From positions 1 to 64,000 of the forward strand of contig JBEUKZ010000008.1 of assembly GCA_048128005.1 (NCBI GenBank): a DNA stretch of 64,000 nt. The letters run 5' to 3'. The stretch comes from Veleropilina oligotropha. Taxonomy: Eukaryota. The notes beneath the pieces are model-generated. The model did no database searches. It was not told the DNA's origin and saw only the letters and a list, made by a program, of their open reading frames with translations. A program made the position numbers and the translations under genes. This document shows, piece after piece, positions 38,046 through 49,170 of the stretch (within the stretch, counting starts at the first letter, position 1; every line of letters starts with the position of its first letter).

Positions 38046-38497
38046 TATCCGAAAGGGAACGTTTTAAAGTGTAGTGTAACCGTTACCGTTCCGGTGATAA
38101 ATCAGGCAAAATCTCCTGTATTGTCCTTTATATAAATGTGTACATGTTCAAGTTGGCTTTGATTCAAATGCATATAATAGGGTAAATGGTAAATAACGTT
38201 ACAGGGTGCTTTATTTCTCAAATACACTTTCCTCAATAAGGGTAGAGATGTATTGCCCACAATACTATCGCTACACGCATCAAAGTACACGTAGATATCA
38301 CGAGTGTTTTTACTCTTGGCACACCCGTTAATGGAAAATTCGGTCATTGCTACAGTCCAATATCTGTCAAATTGCAATGGTTTGTTTAATTTTACTCTAA
38401 AGTCATAATGTTCATTTTCAAAATAATCCAGACTGTCTGTGGACGTGAGCACCATGCGGACACTCATCGTGTTATGACATGTAACATATTTTTGCAA
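38045..38497 (-). pseudogene. Minor capsid protein (penton) with an in-frame TGA 18 codons before the natural end
   Basis: LTSTDSLDYF..FRVKL..WTVAMTEF..IYVY..SIVG..LPLLR..IKD, then TGA (38102-38104), then FITGTVTVTLHFKTFPFG and TAA. Confidence 0.8.
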
Positions 38498-38503
38498 CTG
38501 CTT

Positions 38504-39589
38504 TTATACAATGTCTACTTGTTGTACCCATGAATTAAATTTGGATGGCCAACCCATCCATTTCACTAACATTTCATTTTGGCCCCCACGTTTTCGTCTC
38601 TTCAATACCTTTTCTATATGCCACACAGTGTCTGCATTCTTATTCACCATCTGCATTTCCTTTTCGTAGAATGTGCCTGATATTGCCTCATCTGCATAAT
38701 CCGTTAACTTGTATACAGGCATGCCTTGTCGTTTATATCTTTTAATGACAATAAACAACTCTTCTGACCACTTTTGTTGGTAATCTCTTAAAAAGGGGTG
38801 TTTCAAGTGTGATATTCTAACCTTATCGCCCGCTTTAAATTTGAATTTCTTATGAGATGGTGCTGATTTAGTGCGTGCCAAATACATAAGATACCTCGCC
38901 TCACTCTCATTTTCTTTATTAATGCTAGCAGGAGTCCATTGCCCTAATGATCTATGAGGCTTGTTATTGTAATTAGACACCAAATCTTGTAAAACATCGA
39001 TGTATCTGTAACTTTGATTGGCAGTAAAATACCTGTATATCATATTCTTTAGAGTTCTAATGACTCTCTCGGCATAATTAGCTTTAGTTTCATTTTCGGT
39101 AAAATGAACTGCAATATTTTCGGATGACAGATAAGGTTTTACCCATCTATTATTGAATTCGCTCCCCTTATCGAATCGAATCACATTAGGCTTTCTACCC
39201 TGTGTAAATATAGTTCGGAGTGCATTGACGATCGTTTTGCCCAACTTGTTTTCCAGGGGGACTACCCATAAGAAACGAGAAAACACATCGATCACGATGA
39301 GTAAGAACGTAATGCCATCATTGTACTTGGCAACATTTTGCATGTCGGCTAAATCTCCGTCAAACATCGAATCTATTCCTTCCACTACAACATGACTTCG
39401 CTTGAATTTCCGTATCACTCCTTTTTGTAAACTGTAAGCATCTTGATCTTGCAACCATTGTGTTATTTTCTTCTTACTAATTTTGAATTTTCTCTGTTTT
39501 TGTACCAGTTTATACAATTTGTCTGGACCGACAAAGCCACGTTTTGGATCATACCACAACTTTTTCAAATATGCTTCTGACATGCTCAC
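38504..39589 (-). CDS. Retroviral-like (rve) integrase with C-terminal chromodomain
   Basis: DLADM, IDVFSRFLW, DKGSEF, AERVIRTLK, GTFYEKE, LVKWMGWPSKFNSW. Confidence 0.95.
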   Translation of the reverse strand: MSMSEAYLKKLWYDPKRGFVGPDKLYKLVQKQRKFKISKKKITQWLQDQDAYSLQKGVIRKFKRSHVVVEGIDSMFDGDLADMQNVAKYNDGITFLLIVIDVFSRFLWVVPLENKLGKTIVNALRTIFTQGRKPNVIRFDKGSEFNNRWVKPYLSSENIAVHFTENETKANYAERVIRTLKNMIYRYFTANQSYRYIDVLQDLVSNYNNKPHRSLGQWTPASINKENESEARYLMYLARTKSAPSHKKFKFKAGDKVRISHLKHPFLRDYQQKWSEELFIVIKRYKRQGMPVYKLTDYADEAISGTFYEKEMQMVNKNADTVWHIEKVLKRRKRGGQNEMLVKWMGWPSKFNSWVQQVDIV

Positions 39590-40156
39590 TGCTACACTTG
39601 TAAATGATAACTAAAAAATCAATGCCTAAATACATCTATTTATTGACAAAGAAATGTATTGACAAAAGCAATTATGAATACAAGTTGTACACATCTATGT
39701 TTCTTGGTGATTTGTTTTGACATAAAACACAATAATAATCGCTTCATAATCGATAATAATATCCGTATAGCCATGACAGAGACGTATTATTCTGTCCTTG
39801 GTTTACACAACATCAACCGAATTTTAAGGATATGTTTTTTACATCATGGCTGGATACATTTAACATACGCAATGGCTCAGAATGTGGAAATTTCTGTTTC
39901 GTACACATTATATCGTACACATTAGATGTAAATCCGAGTGTAGTGCATGTTATCAACAACACTACAAATCTAATAGTCCATTTTACTTTAAAGTTTCTGC
40001 CTCCTTTGACTTTGGGCAGGTCGGTTAAAAACGTCTCCACAACAGTCTCTTCAGAGGTCGACATGCTGAATGGTAACTGCTACTGAGAACATCATTGTTA
40101 TAGAAATCATGATTATAGATTCACACTGTCTAATATGTCATACTCATGATTACATA

Positions 40157-40705
40157 TCAGTAGCTCCACGTATGACATTTATTTGGATTGCAAAATGAGC
40201 ACTGCAAATATCCCATTTGATTCTGGTGATCCTGTTGTATGGCGCATGGGGTCACCGACTCGATTTCGGGCACAAATTCGGGCAAAAGTTCAATGGCATC
40301 TTTTAGCTTTTCCCATTGAGCAATAGAGAGCAGAATCCCCTTTTTGGACGGTTTCACAGACCTGGCCTCTTCGCACCACCACCACTGACGGATATTCACA
40401 CCTATGAATTTCTTGTCCACAGAAATGTACATATTTGCGCCCAGGTGAATGAATAGCTTATCATCTTTCCCCTGCTTCAATGTTGCGATTGTGTCATCTG
40501 TGGACTTGACGTAATCTACCAACTCGATCCATTGCTTTAGCATCAAGGCGATTCCTCGTTTCGTAGGAAATGTCTTGCCTTTATCGCTAGTCTCGTACTT
40601 TCGGATGTGAATCAGAATTTCATCACGCCATGGAGTAGCCGTCACAAACACGTTACCACCAATATCGAGGTGACATCTAGGCGGGTTTAAAGCTGGAGTT
40701 GCCAT
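40157..40705 (-). CDS. Tandem PC4-like ssDNA-binding protein
   Basis: Two repeats, IHIRKY..PTKRGIALMLKQW and VNIRQW..PSKKGILLSIAQW, followed by a small C-terminal Cys/His cluster. Confidence 0.75.
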   Translation of the reverse strand: MATPALNPPRCHLDIGGNVFVTATPWRDEILIHIRKYETSDKGKTFPTKRGIALMLKQWIELVDYVKSTDDTIATLKQGKDDKLFIHLGANMYISVDKKFIGVNIRQWWWCEEARSVKPSKKGILLSIAQWEKLKDAIELLPEFVPEIESVTPCAIQQDHQNQMGYLQCSFCNPNKCHTWSY

Positions 40706-41603
40706 CTTACAGGATTGCGCACAGAAATCTTTCTGAAGGATGATATCGGCTCACTTTATATAGAGTTAAAAGGCTATTTTTAGACCATGATATCATAGAT
40801 TGATGTCAGTTGCTATTTTGGGCCCCCATACCCTCGATGTAAGTTATAAATCCCAGTAATCTGATTGGTTAATAATTCCCCCATACCCTCAATATGGCCT
40901 ATAATTCCACAGGAGACTGTTCTGCTATTTTTAGATATGAGTCAGGGGATAATGGCTCATATTATGTGAACTAATATTAATAGAACATGCCCATACATGT
41001 CTTGGCTATTTTAGTTATGATGACACATTTCCATCATACTTGGTATAATTTCACAAGAGACACTTTGCCTATGTATTATATATCTATATATATATATATA
41101 ATACAATATCACCATCAAGTATTGACTCGGAATCCCATTAATTTATTAAAACATGTCTGTACATGGAAAATAAATATCTATCTACAAAATTTATTATCCT
41201 TATTCCATATAGACTATTACATTTGACAGGCAGGTGGTCATTTGTCTCAGTAGACAATGACTCAGGGTTAGTGCGAGGTCACCACAAGGTCGCCCATACA
41301 CTCGATACAAGTTATAAATCCCAGTAATCTGATTGGTTAATAATTCCCCCATACCCTCAATATGGCCTATAATTCCACAGGAGACTGTTCTGCTATTTTT
41401 TAGATATGAGTCAGGGGAGAATGGCTCATATTATGTGGCAGGTGGTCCTTTGTCTCAGTAGACAATGACTCAGGGGTAGTGCGAGGTCACCACAAGGTCA
41501 CCCCATACCCTCCCTAGACACGCCCCCTGACCTACATTCAAGGGCACCTCGGGGTCGTATGTAGGTCAAAAGGTCATATGGATAAACAGGCATGAATACT
41601 ACT
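40691..41603 (-). repeat. Maverick right TIR (913 bp)
   Basis: Reverse complement of 25139-26051. Confidence 0.95.
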
Positions 41604-42130
41604 GAGAAGCCTCTTGTTGGTTAAATTTTTTCTTGGAGTGTATATCGATTGCTCAAGGAACATTTTAGCGTATATACAAGCTTTAGTAATGGTTATATGG
41701 TTGTGACCTGATACTCTGGCAATTATTTACATTATAATTTTATATAAATAATGCATGAAATTGGTGTTTGGGACATAGAAATTTAGTTAAAATGTTTCCG
41801 TTCAAGTTTTTCAAAGAGTGCTTATACAATGATCATTGCAATTTTTTTGCACACTTATGGTTTGTTGCTGGCTATATTGATGTTAGCTGCTAGCCTGGCA
41901 GTGATATTGAACAACATTTATTGATGTTTATAGCTCCGCTGTGACGTAGTCAGCAGAGCTTTACTGATACCGCTTTGTCCGGCGTATGTCTGTCATTATG
42001 ATGTTCTGAACATTTCTTGTAAATATTAGAAAATTCTACATCTCGGTTTTTCCGAAATTTACCTTTTTGGACTTAGAAAATCCAATTCTGCGACAAGTTT
42101 TGCCTTCAAATGTGAATATCTCTGAAACTG

Positions 42131-42286
42131 GGCCCCGTTTCACAAAAAATCGTAGACGTAAACGTAAACGTAATAGAATCTTACGACAATTTTGATTGGC
42201 TGTTAAACTTAAACAGCCAATCAAAAATTGTCGAAAGATTCTATTACGTTTACGTTTACGTCTACGATTTTTTGTGAAACGGGGCC
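42131..42286. mobile_element. Palindromic 156-bp Harbinger/Tourist-type MITE
   Basis: GGCCCCGTTTCACAAAAAATCG...CGATTTTTTGTGAAACGGGGCC, almost fully self-complementary; CTG is duplicated on both sides. Confidence 0.85.
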
Positions 42287-42412
42287 CTGTCTGATAACTT
42301 TTTTTCTTTAATTGGCATGAGCCTTCCTTATGATGTGTTTAACTTATCCTGTAAATATTAGAAAAATGTACGTCCCAGTTTCGCTGACATTCAGAATTTG
42401 GACTTTGTCAAT

Positions 42413-43598
42413 GTTAATACCCTCGCATCTGGAGGAGAGGCGAGGGTATTGCAATCGGTTCCGTATGTATGTATTTATGTCCGTATGTTTGTATGTATGT
42501 CCATTCGTATAACTCAAAAACTATTGATCCGATTTACTTGAAATTTTACACAAGTTAGGGTTTCTCCCTGGCTCGGTCATCCTTGAAGATGGTCCGGATT
42601 GTGACCCGAGTTCGGATTTTATGATGCAATATCCGGTTTACAGGTTTTCGGTTGTAGCGTTATAACGCTTCATCATACAAGCATCAACATAGGCTCAAAA
42701 TTTTCTTTAGATCAGGGGCCAATGACAACATGAATTATATAGAATCTATCTTACACAAGATGGCCGCCAGGGTGATTTAAATTTAAAAAACAGGGGTCAA
42801 TTTCTAATTTTGCCAAATCAAATTAAATTATGTAAATTCGTTATGCAAATCATAGTCATGATGAAATGGTACTGATATCAGCAAAAATATTTAGAAAATA
42901 ATGAGAAATGTGAACTTTATAAGCATTTTAGAAATCAACCAACGCAAATTGCAAATAAATGCCGTAAATATGTAACCAGTTACCACTGAAACCAGAGTCC
43001 TTAAATTTTACCAAGTGACAGAGTGGGACATTATTTACAACTCTTATCGATATACTTTGTGTTTTGAGCGAATTTGTAGCAATAATTTTGTTCCGAAGTC
43101 AAAATCGTTGAGACGCTGCGATATTTGTGATAGCTCTTTAAATACTGCTATAACGCCGTGATATATTTTACACCATTAAGCAAGGTTACCGTAATCTATC
43201 TTTCTTGAAAATTTCAGCTATATCGCTGTAGTAACTAGTGAGTTATTGCGAGTTAAGTATTGTCAACTTCGGCAAAATTTGCAAACACAAAAATGTAACG
43301 CCAAATATAAATAGCCTAAATTAACCGTAGTAATTTGATTGTCGGTATGGCACAAACGGTTAAGGCGTTTGGAGAAAGATCTAGAGGTCAGGGGTTCGAT
43401 TCCCGTTACCTCCAAACTAACTTTTTTTTAATTTTTATTTAAATTTTGTAATTCCTTATTTTTTTTATAATTTGTGATTACATTTTTGTGATTGTAATTC
43501 ATGTTTAGAAATATTGATCGTAGACATTTCTTACTTTCACCATCATCTTCATTGGCCCCGTGGGGAGGGTTTGCAATCTCCTCTGATTGCGCTTGTTA
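42413..43598 (+). mobile_element. HINE-like element with an internal tRNA-derived segment (~43341-43414)
   Basis: 5' hairpin AATACCCTCGC..GCGAGGGTATT followed by (GTAT)n; 3' end GAGGGTTTGCAATC..GATTGC.CTTGTT; internal TGGCACAAACGG and GGTTCGATTCC boxes. Confidence 0.6.
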
Positions 43599-45559
43599 CT
43601 TTGGTATGTTATCTATAGGTCGAGAGGCCTCTTGTTTGCTGTTTTATAATAATCAATCCCCGCTGAAATCGCTGCCGGCTAACGAAATTTACATTGAACG
43701 ACGACCATTTTGGTGGAGACCATTTAACTCGTTCAACGGTGTATTGTCATAATTATTTTTCGTCCAACTGTTCATCGAAATATGCAGACATTTGGTCAAA
43801 TATGAAAAATGTATGTATCTAAATTGCATGCAATGTGACGTTAGTGTAAAATAGTACATTGGTTATAATGTTGCATCTCAACTTTCCACAATTCCCATGT
43901 AAACTTCGGCCGTGGACAACTTGGACGAAATTTCTTACGGCGAGATGCCTGTTACCCATAATAAAACCGGGCCCGGTTTAATTACTTTTATGTCTTGACC
44001 TTTTTGTAAAAAAGGACAAGACATTATCAAATGGTCCGTGTTTATATACATATATATATATCCGTCGATTTATTTGAAAACTACCCAACCAATTTTTACC
44101 AAAATTGGTATATACATTCCCATGACTATTTGTAGGTCATGTATATAACATTCATTCACTACTATATATGCCACCTTGATTTAATTTTGTGTACTAACTT
44201 ACCTTGACCCATCCTTGTATGTATGTCAGCTTGACGAAACTTGATATGTTAACGTTCTTTGACCTACCAACGCATGTGGTGATGTAATTTTCCGTGTTTA
44301 ATCTTTGACCTAGCCCTTATGACCTTACCCAAAATAATAGGATGAAGCACTTGCCCGGATCATCTCTCGGCTTGTATATATGTCAGCTGGATGAAAGTTG
44401 GTGTGCTAACTCGTCTTGACATACCGTAGCACAAGACAATATAATTTTTTGTGTAAGTCCTTTGACCTTGCCATTATGACCTTCGACACAAAATCCAGGT
44501 TTTGTCCAGACGATATGTTGGCTACTATACATGCAAGTGTGATGAAATTTGGTTGGTACGCTAACTCTCATTGAGCTACCCTAACACGCTGCGACATAAT
44601 TTTCCATGTACAAACTTTTTTAATTATTTTTTCATCCAAACTTTTACATGATGGACAGCTAGCACAGAATTTTGCCAAGGGCTACTGGCAAGGTCAAGAT
44701 CACAGATTTTATATGGCAGTCTGATAGCTATGTTAGGCTGGGGTTCCTGACAGCTCGGCGGCTGTCTATTCCTATTTTTGCATACATATGTAACTTTTTT
44801 GTTGATAAGGGATGCCTACTCATATTATGATGCTTCTGCCACCGAACTGGAGACGTTGTTAAAAGTGTGCATCAGCAATCGCGTCCGTTGTGTCTGTAGA
44901 TGTGAACCTGACCATCGTTGAACTTGTGGAGACTAAACCTGGATTCATGTAGAAGATAAGACCTCGGCTCCCAATCCACTCGGTGGGTGACTGGTTAACG
45001 TGTCGGACACTTAACCAAGGCTGTTTTTTTTTGGGGGGGGGGTTTGTAAACAATATTTTATTCAGCTTATTCAAATAATAAAATACAAACAAAATATAAA
45101 TGTCATCGATTAGACATCAGGCTAGTGCCTATGTGTGGTCTTCGCTGTTAGGTTGGCCCCGAGTTAGTATACCTAGTCGACATCTAAATCTACCGCTTAA
45201 AAGGTTATAGGGTCAGATCGGAGCGAGACGTTAAACCAGCCATTCCAACAGAGAAAAAAACTGAAAAATTGTCAATAGTGGTCATAAAACAAAGTAGCAA
45301 TTTTCAATTTACTCGTTTAACTGCTCTGATTAAGGATAGCGAGTTAGAATCCTCTGCAGGCCACTTGTTTAACTTTAACATCAGAATTTACTATTAATGA
45401 TGCTGTTTCTCCATCGCTCTGCGAAGATGACTGTAGTAGTTTCATATTTCTTGAGTTATGTGTCCGAAGATGACAGATCAGGCCAATTTGGGCTTGGAAT
45501 ACCTCCCACATGTGTTTCGATAGCTGCTGTGGATGTGCTCTCTGATGTCAAGTTTCCTC

Positions 45560-46140
45560 TTACACTATGCCAAGTGTGCAGCAGCAGCATTCTTTAAGCT
45601 TTTGTATATAGCAGCGTACCAGGAAGTACGGTCTTGAGCCAGGTTTTCCCACGAATCTGTGCAACTTAAAAGCTTTTCTGGGATGCATTGAGACTGTTTT
45701 TAAACCGTTTCCGTTGACCACCCTTGGATCTTTTTCCAGATGACGGTTCACCACGTGAAAGCTTTTTTGGGAGTCTATCATATGGCATGCCCAGCGAACT
45801 TGGGATCGCTGCAAGTTGGTGTAGATTGTTGGGGTGTTTGAACATCATAAAACTTCAGTAAGAAGTCTGCGTAGGCAAGTCATGTGTAAATGGTACTCTT
45901 TTCGGGCATATCTAGCCTATATATACATACATTCACAGGAACACAACAGGGTGATGACAACTGCCTTATAGATCTGTAGCTTAGGAGCAAAACGGTTTCC
46001 TCTACGCTCATAGATGTTGAAGCAGAGTCTTCAAAGGCAGCACTGGCATTGGCTATTCTGCAGTTAATCACATCATATAATTATATATGTGCACTGCTCT
46101 TGACAAGGTATTACGAGGTATGTTAATATCCCACTGCTTT
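45560..46140 (-). pseudogene. Decayed RTE-clade LINE 3' fragment
   Basis: RIANASAAF, QVRWACH, RLPKKL..GE..GKRSKGGQRKRFKNSL. Confidence 0.65.
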
Positions 46141-46328
46141 CAAGTCAGTTCTGTGCACTTGCATTACATGCTAAAGATACTGGTTTCCTTGTGCTCTCTA
46201 ATACATTGCTTTGGTCTTGTTTAACTCTTTGACGTCGTAACATCCAATGCAGTGTTCTGGGTCGCACGATTTTGAGCAATTTGGTCGAAGTAATACTGGT
46301 AACAAACAATATAATAATAGGCAAACTA

Positions 46329-47843
46329 TACTGAGTCAAAAAAGAAACTTCACAAAATGTAATTTGAAAAAGTAATGAATAATTTTTCTCTGATGATACA
46401 TCTATGTATCCGAAATGGGATCCCTATCTTTCGACGCTAGAAAAACGTTAGCAAACCCCCCTCAAACTCATCCATTCCTCGTGCACATGACGTTAGTGCC
46501 AAATCAGGTTTTTCACGTGCAGTCGGTCACGTAATCTTCACATCGATGTTGATTTCATTTGCACTTGTTTGCATTGGCCTCAGGAATTGAAAAAACACTT
46601 TTAAACCACGGTTCTAACGGTACTTTAAATGCCACGATTGTCAAATGTGCAACGTGAACGTGCCGTTGGCATGTTACACGCGGGAAGATCAGTTATTGAC
46701 GTCGCAAGAGCAATGGGATGCAGCCGTCGTACTGTGTATGACTTGCGAATTCGTCTACAAGAAACTGGCACCACTTCTGATCGCCCAAGGTCGGGTCGTC
46801 CACGTGTAACGTCACGAGCAGAAGACCGTTACATCGTCCTACGTCACCTACGTGACAGATTTCTGCCGGCTGCACGAACCAGGGCTGAGATGTTTAGAGG
46901 TCGACTGTCCTCACAGACCATTCGAAATCGGTTGCGGGCTGCCAATCTCCATCCTCGACGTCCATATCGTGGGCCAATATTTACGCCATTTCATCGACGT
47001 CAACGTCTGATGTGGGCCCAACGTCACATCCGATGGACCCAAAGAGACTGGAATCGAGTCGTCTTTAGCGATGAATCAAGGTTTACCCTCAGATTCGCGG
47101 ACGGCAGGCATAGAGTCTGGAGACGACGTCGTGAACGGTATGCCCAGTGTTGTGTGCAGGAAGTGGACATATTCGGGGGCGGAAGTTGCATGGTGTGGGG
47201 TGCTTTCTGTGGGAACAACCGTTCTCGACTTCTGGTCATTCGTGGAAACATCACAGCTGCTGCTTATCGCGACCAGGTGCTCACCCCTGAACTCGTTCCT
47301 TTCATGGCGGCTCATGGCCCAGGTCTACATTTCCAGCATACCGCGATGTTGACACGAAATTTCCTTCAAAACGCTGGAATCAACGTCATGGACTGGCCAT
47401 CAAGGTCCCCTGACCTTAATCCAATCTAGCACGTTTGGGATGCACTTGGGAGAAGGCTTCGTGGTCTTAGACACCAACCACAGAATTTGCAGGAACTTGG
47501 CGCTGCCTTGCAAGAGCAATGGCGCAGAATCCCCAACCACGTGTTCACAAACATCAGGCGGTCGATGAGGAGACGGTGTTTGGCAGTGGTGAATGCGCGA
47601 GGCGGCCATACACGATATTGAACTGAGAAATTTCGAATTTCTATTCTTGTGACTTGACATTCTGTATACACATGTTTTGGAACGGCGGTGTAGCCTAATG
47701 GAACTGATTGTGGCACTGTCAGTGTATCGAGTACATCACACACATCTCAGCAATGAAATAATAACAATTTAACCATTTTACCATCTCTTGTTCTTTTTTA
47801 GTGCCCAGAAGAAAGAATGTGAAGTTTCTTTTTTGACTCAGTA
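46329..47843 (+). mobile_element. Tc1/mariner transposon
   Basis: TIR TACTGAGTCAAAAAAGAAACTTCACA at both ends, flanked by TA. Confidence 0.92.
46629..47621 (+). pseudogene. Tc1 transposase, catalytically inactivated
   Basis: GRPRVT, VFSDESRF, GGGSCMVWG, SPDLNPI*HVW. The DNA(R/P) motif is missing and the catalytic E codon is TAG; the natural end is GGHTRY*. Confidence 0.9.
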
Positions 47844-48178
47844 TATATATATTCTGAAAGGTCAGTGTTATTGGAGTAAAATAACCTTTCAATATCACGT
47901 GGCTACCATGAAGACAATGACGTCACATCAACACGTGGTCATGACATAAAATACACAAAATTTACGTATTTATTTAGTCAAAAACGATATACAACATAGC
48001 ATTATATAAGCAATACTATGTAATTTGGGTAGAAAATCATATACTAGATGATATTATATCAGGATATACAAAATAAAATAAGGATAATACAAGTAACACA
48101 TAAGTAACCCCCGCTCCCACCACCACCGAATTGGAGACTAGGCCCAATCCTTTAGATATGCCATAGTAGCAGTACAAC

Positions 48179-48418
48179 ATGACTACCCCGATTACTGATG
48201 GAAAAATGCTCGGCAATGCCGTCTATCATTCGGCCATAGTGTCTGGCCTTGCCATCGGCTACTCACGCCTGACAAAGATGGTATTCAAAGGACCAAGCCC
48301 CAAACTGGACTTCACTGGTTATGATGTCGGAATGGTGGTCCTCGACGTAGCGCTCGCCATGGCGACGAAGGACATGCTGATCAAGCAAGGCATCATTCCG
48401 GCCGACGTTTTGAAGTAG
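48179..48418 (+). CDS. Small hydrophobic protein (79 aa)
   Basis: ACAACATG start context; two hydrophobic stretches; first gene of a tight co-directional cluster. Confidence 0.65.
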   Translation: MTTPITDGKMLGNAVYHSAIVSGLAIGYSRLTKMVFKGPSPKLDFTGYDVGMVVLDVALAMATKDMLIKQGIIPADVLK

Positions 48419-48448
48419 TGGGACCTGCTAGATAATCGCAGCATTTCA

Positions 48449-48880
48449 ATGGCTTCCATTGCGATGCTGGTTGGGGGTGCTCTCATCAACGCCCTCGCCT
48501 TCAGCGGGTCCAACTTCCTATTCTGGAAGCTACGCAGCTCCGGTGTCGACGAGGAGCGTAAACGCCACGACGAAGCCGTAGAGCACCTCCAGGCCGCTCA
48601 GACTAAATGGTCCCAACAGAGGGCAGAGCGTCTCGATTGGCTTAACGTTGAACTTCGCCACCAGGGTCATGCCGTTGGCACATTCCGGGATGTTGACGCC
48701 GCGATCCGTGAGTATGCCTTGATCACCGGCAAGAACCTTGACCCCGGTTTGGGGGGTGGCCCTGAGGCCGCCCTGTCTGACTACTACACGCCGAGCGACG
48801 ACCAGAAAAAGCGAGAGATCACCTTCGTCATTCTGGGGATGGCTGCGACCGGGTTGGTAGCCTACAAGCTCCTACCCTAA
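48449..48880 (+). CDS. Predicted membrane protein (143 aa): hydrophobic N-terminus, charged helix, C-terminal TM segment
   Basis: MASIAMLVGGALINALAFSGSNFLF at the start and ITFVILGMAATGLVAYKL at the end; the C-terminus is conserved in copy 2 (63895-64000). Confidence 0.75.
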   Translation: MASIAMLVGGALINALAFSGSNFLFWKLRSSGVDEERKRHDEAVEHLQAAQTKWSQQRAERLDWLNVELRHQGHAVGTFRDVDAAIREYALITGKNLDPGLGGGPEAALSDYYTPSDDQKKREITFVILGMAATGLVAYKLLP

Positions 48881-48915
48881 TTTCCAGTGGACATTTTTTT
48901 GCGTGTGCCTATATA

Positions 48916-49170
48916 ATGGGGCTCCCAGAAGAGCTGTATTCTGCTATGCAGGAGGTGGGCCTTGGTACTACGTCACTCGACTGCTGGCGGCGCAACGAAA
49001 AGACTATGGTGCGGTTCGCGGTCCTGGTGCTCTCCGGGGGCCCGACCAACCTACGGGCGACGACTGGGCAGCTTCCGGAAGCTGAAGCCTGTTGGAGACT
49101 GATCACGTTGCTGGAATACCTCGCAAGCCTCGATGGCAGCGAAGAGACAAAAGCCCCCCCTGACGGCTAA
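48916..49170 (+). CDS. Hypothetical protein (84 aa)
   Basis: Homologous to 63555-63854, with frame-preserving indels between the copies. Confidence 0.55.
   Translation: MGLPEELYSAMQEVGLGTTSLDCWRRNEKTMVRFAVLVLSGGPTNLRATTGQLPEAEACWRLITLLEYLASLDGSEETKAPPDG

Larger units (their letters stand above)
25139..41603. mobile_element. Complete Maverick/Polinton element (16,465 bp)
   Basis: AGTAGT...ACTACT termini, 913-bp TIRs, 6-bp TSD GAGAAG (25133-25138 and 41604-41609), and the full core gene set. Confidence 0.97.

Noticed and set aside
39659..40086. Short ORFs between the integrase and PC4 genes
   Set aside because: Hydrophobic 83-88-aa ORFs on both strands with no motif; I cannot tell which, if any, is real.
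43341..43414. tRNA gene
   Set aside because: A and B boxes are present, but I cannot fold convincing acceptor and anticodon stems, and it sits inside a repeat; treated as tRNA-derived.
44810..44945. Possible host exon
   Set aside because: The minus strand resembles a decayed Tc1 transposase piece (FGGRSIII*VGI); too short and degenerate to annotate.
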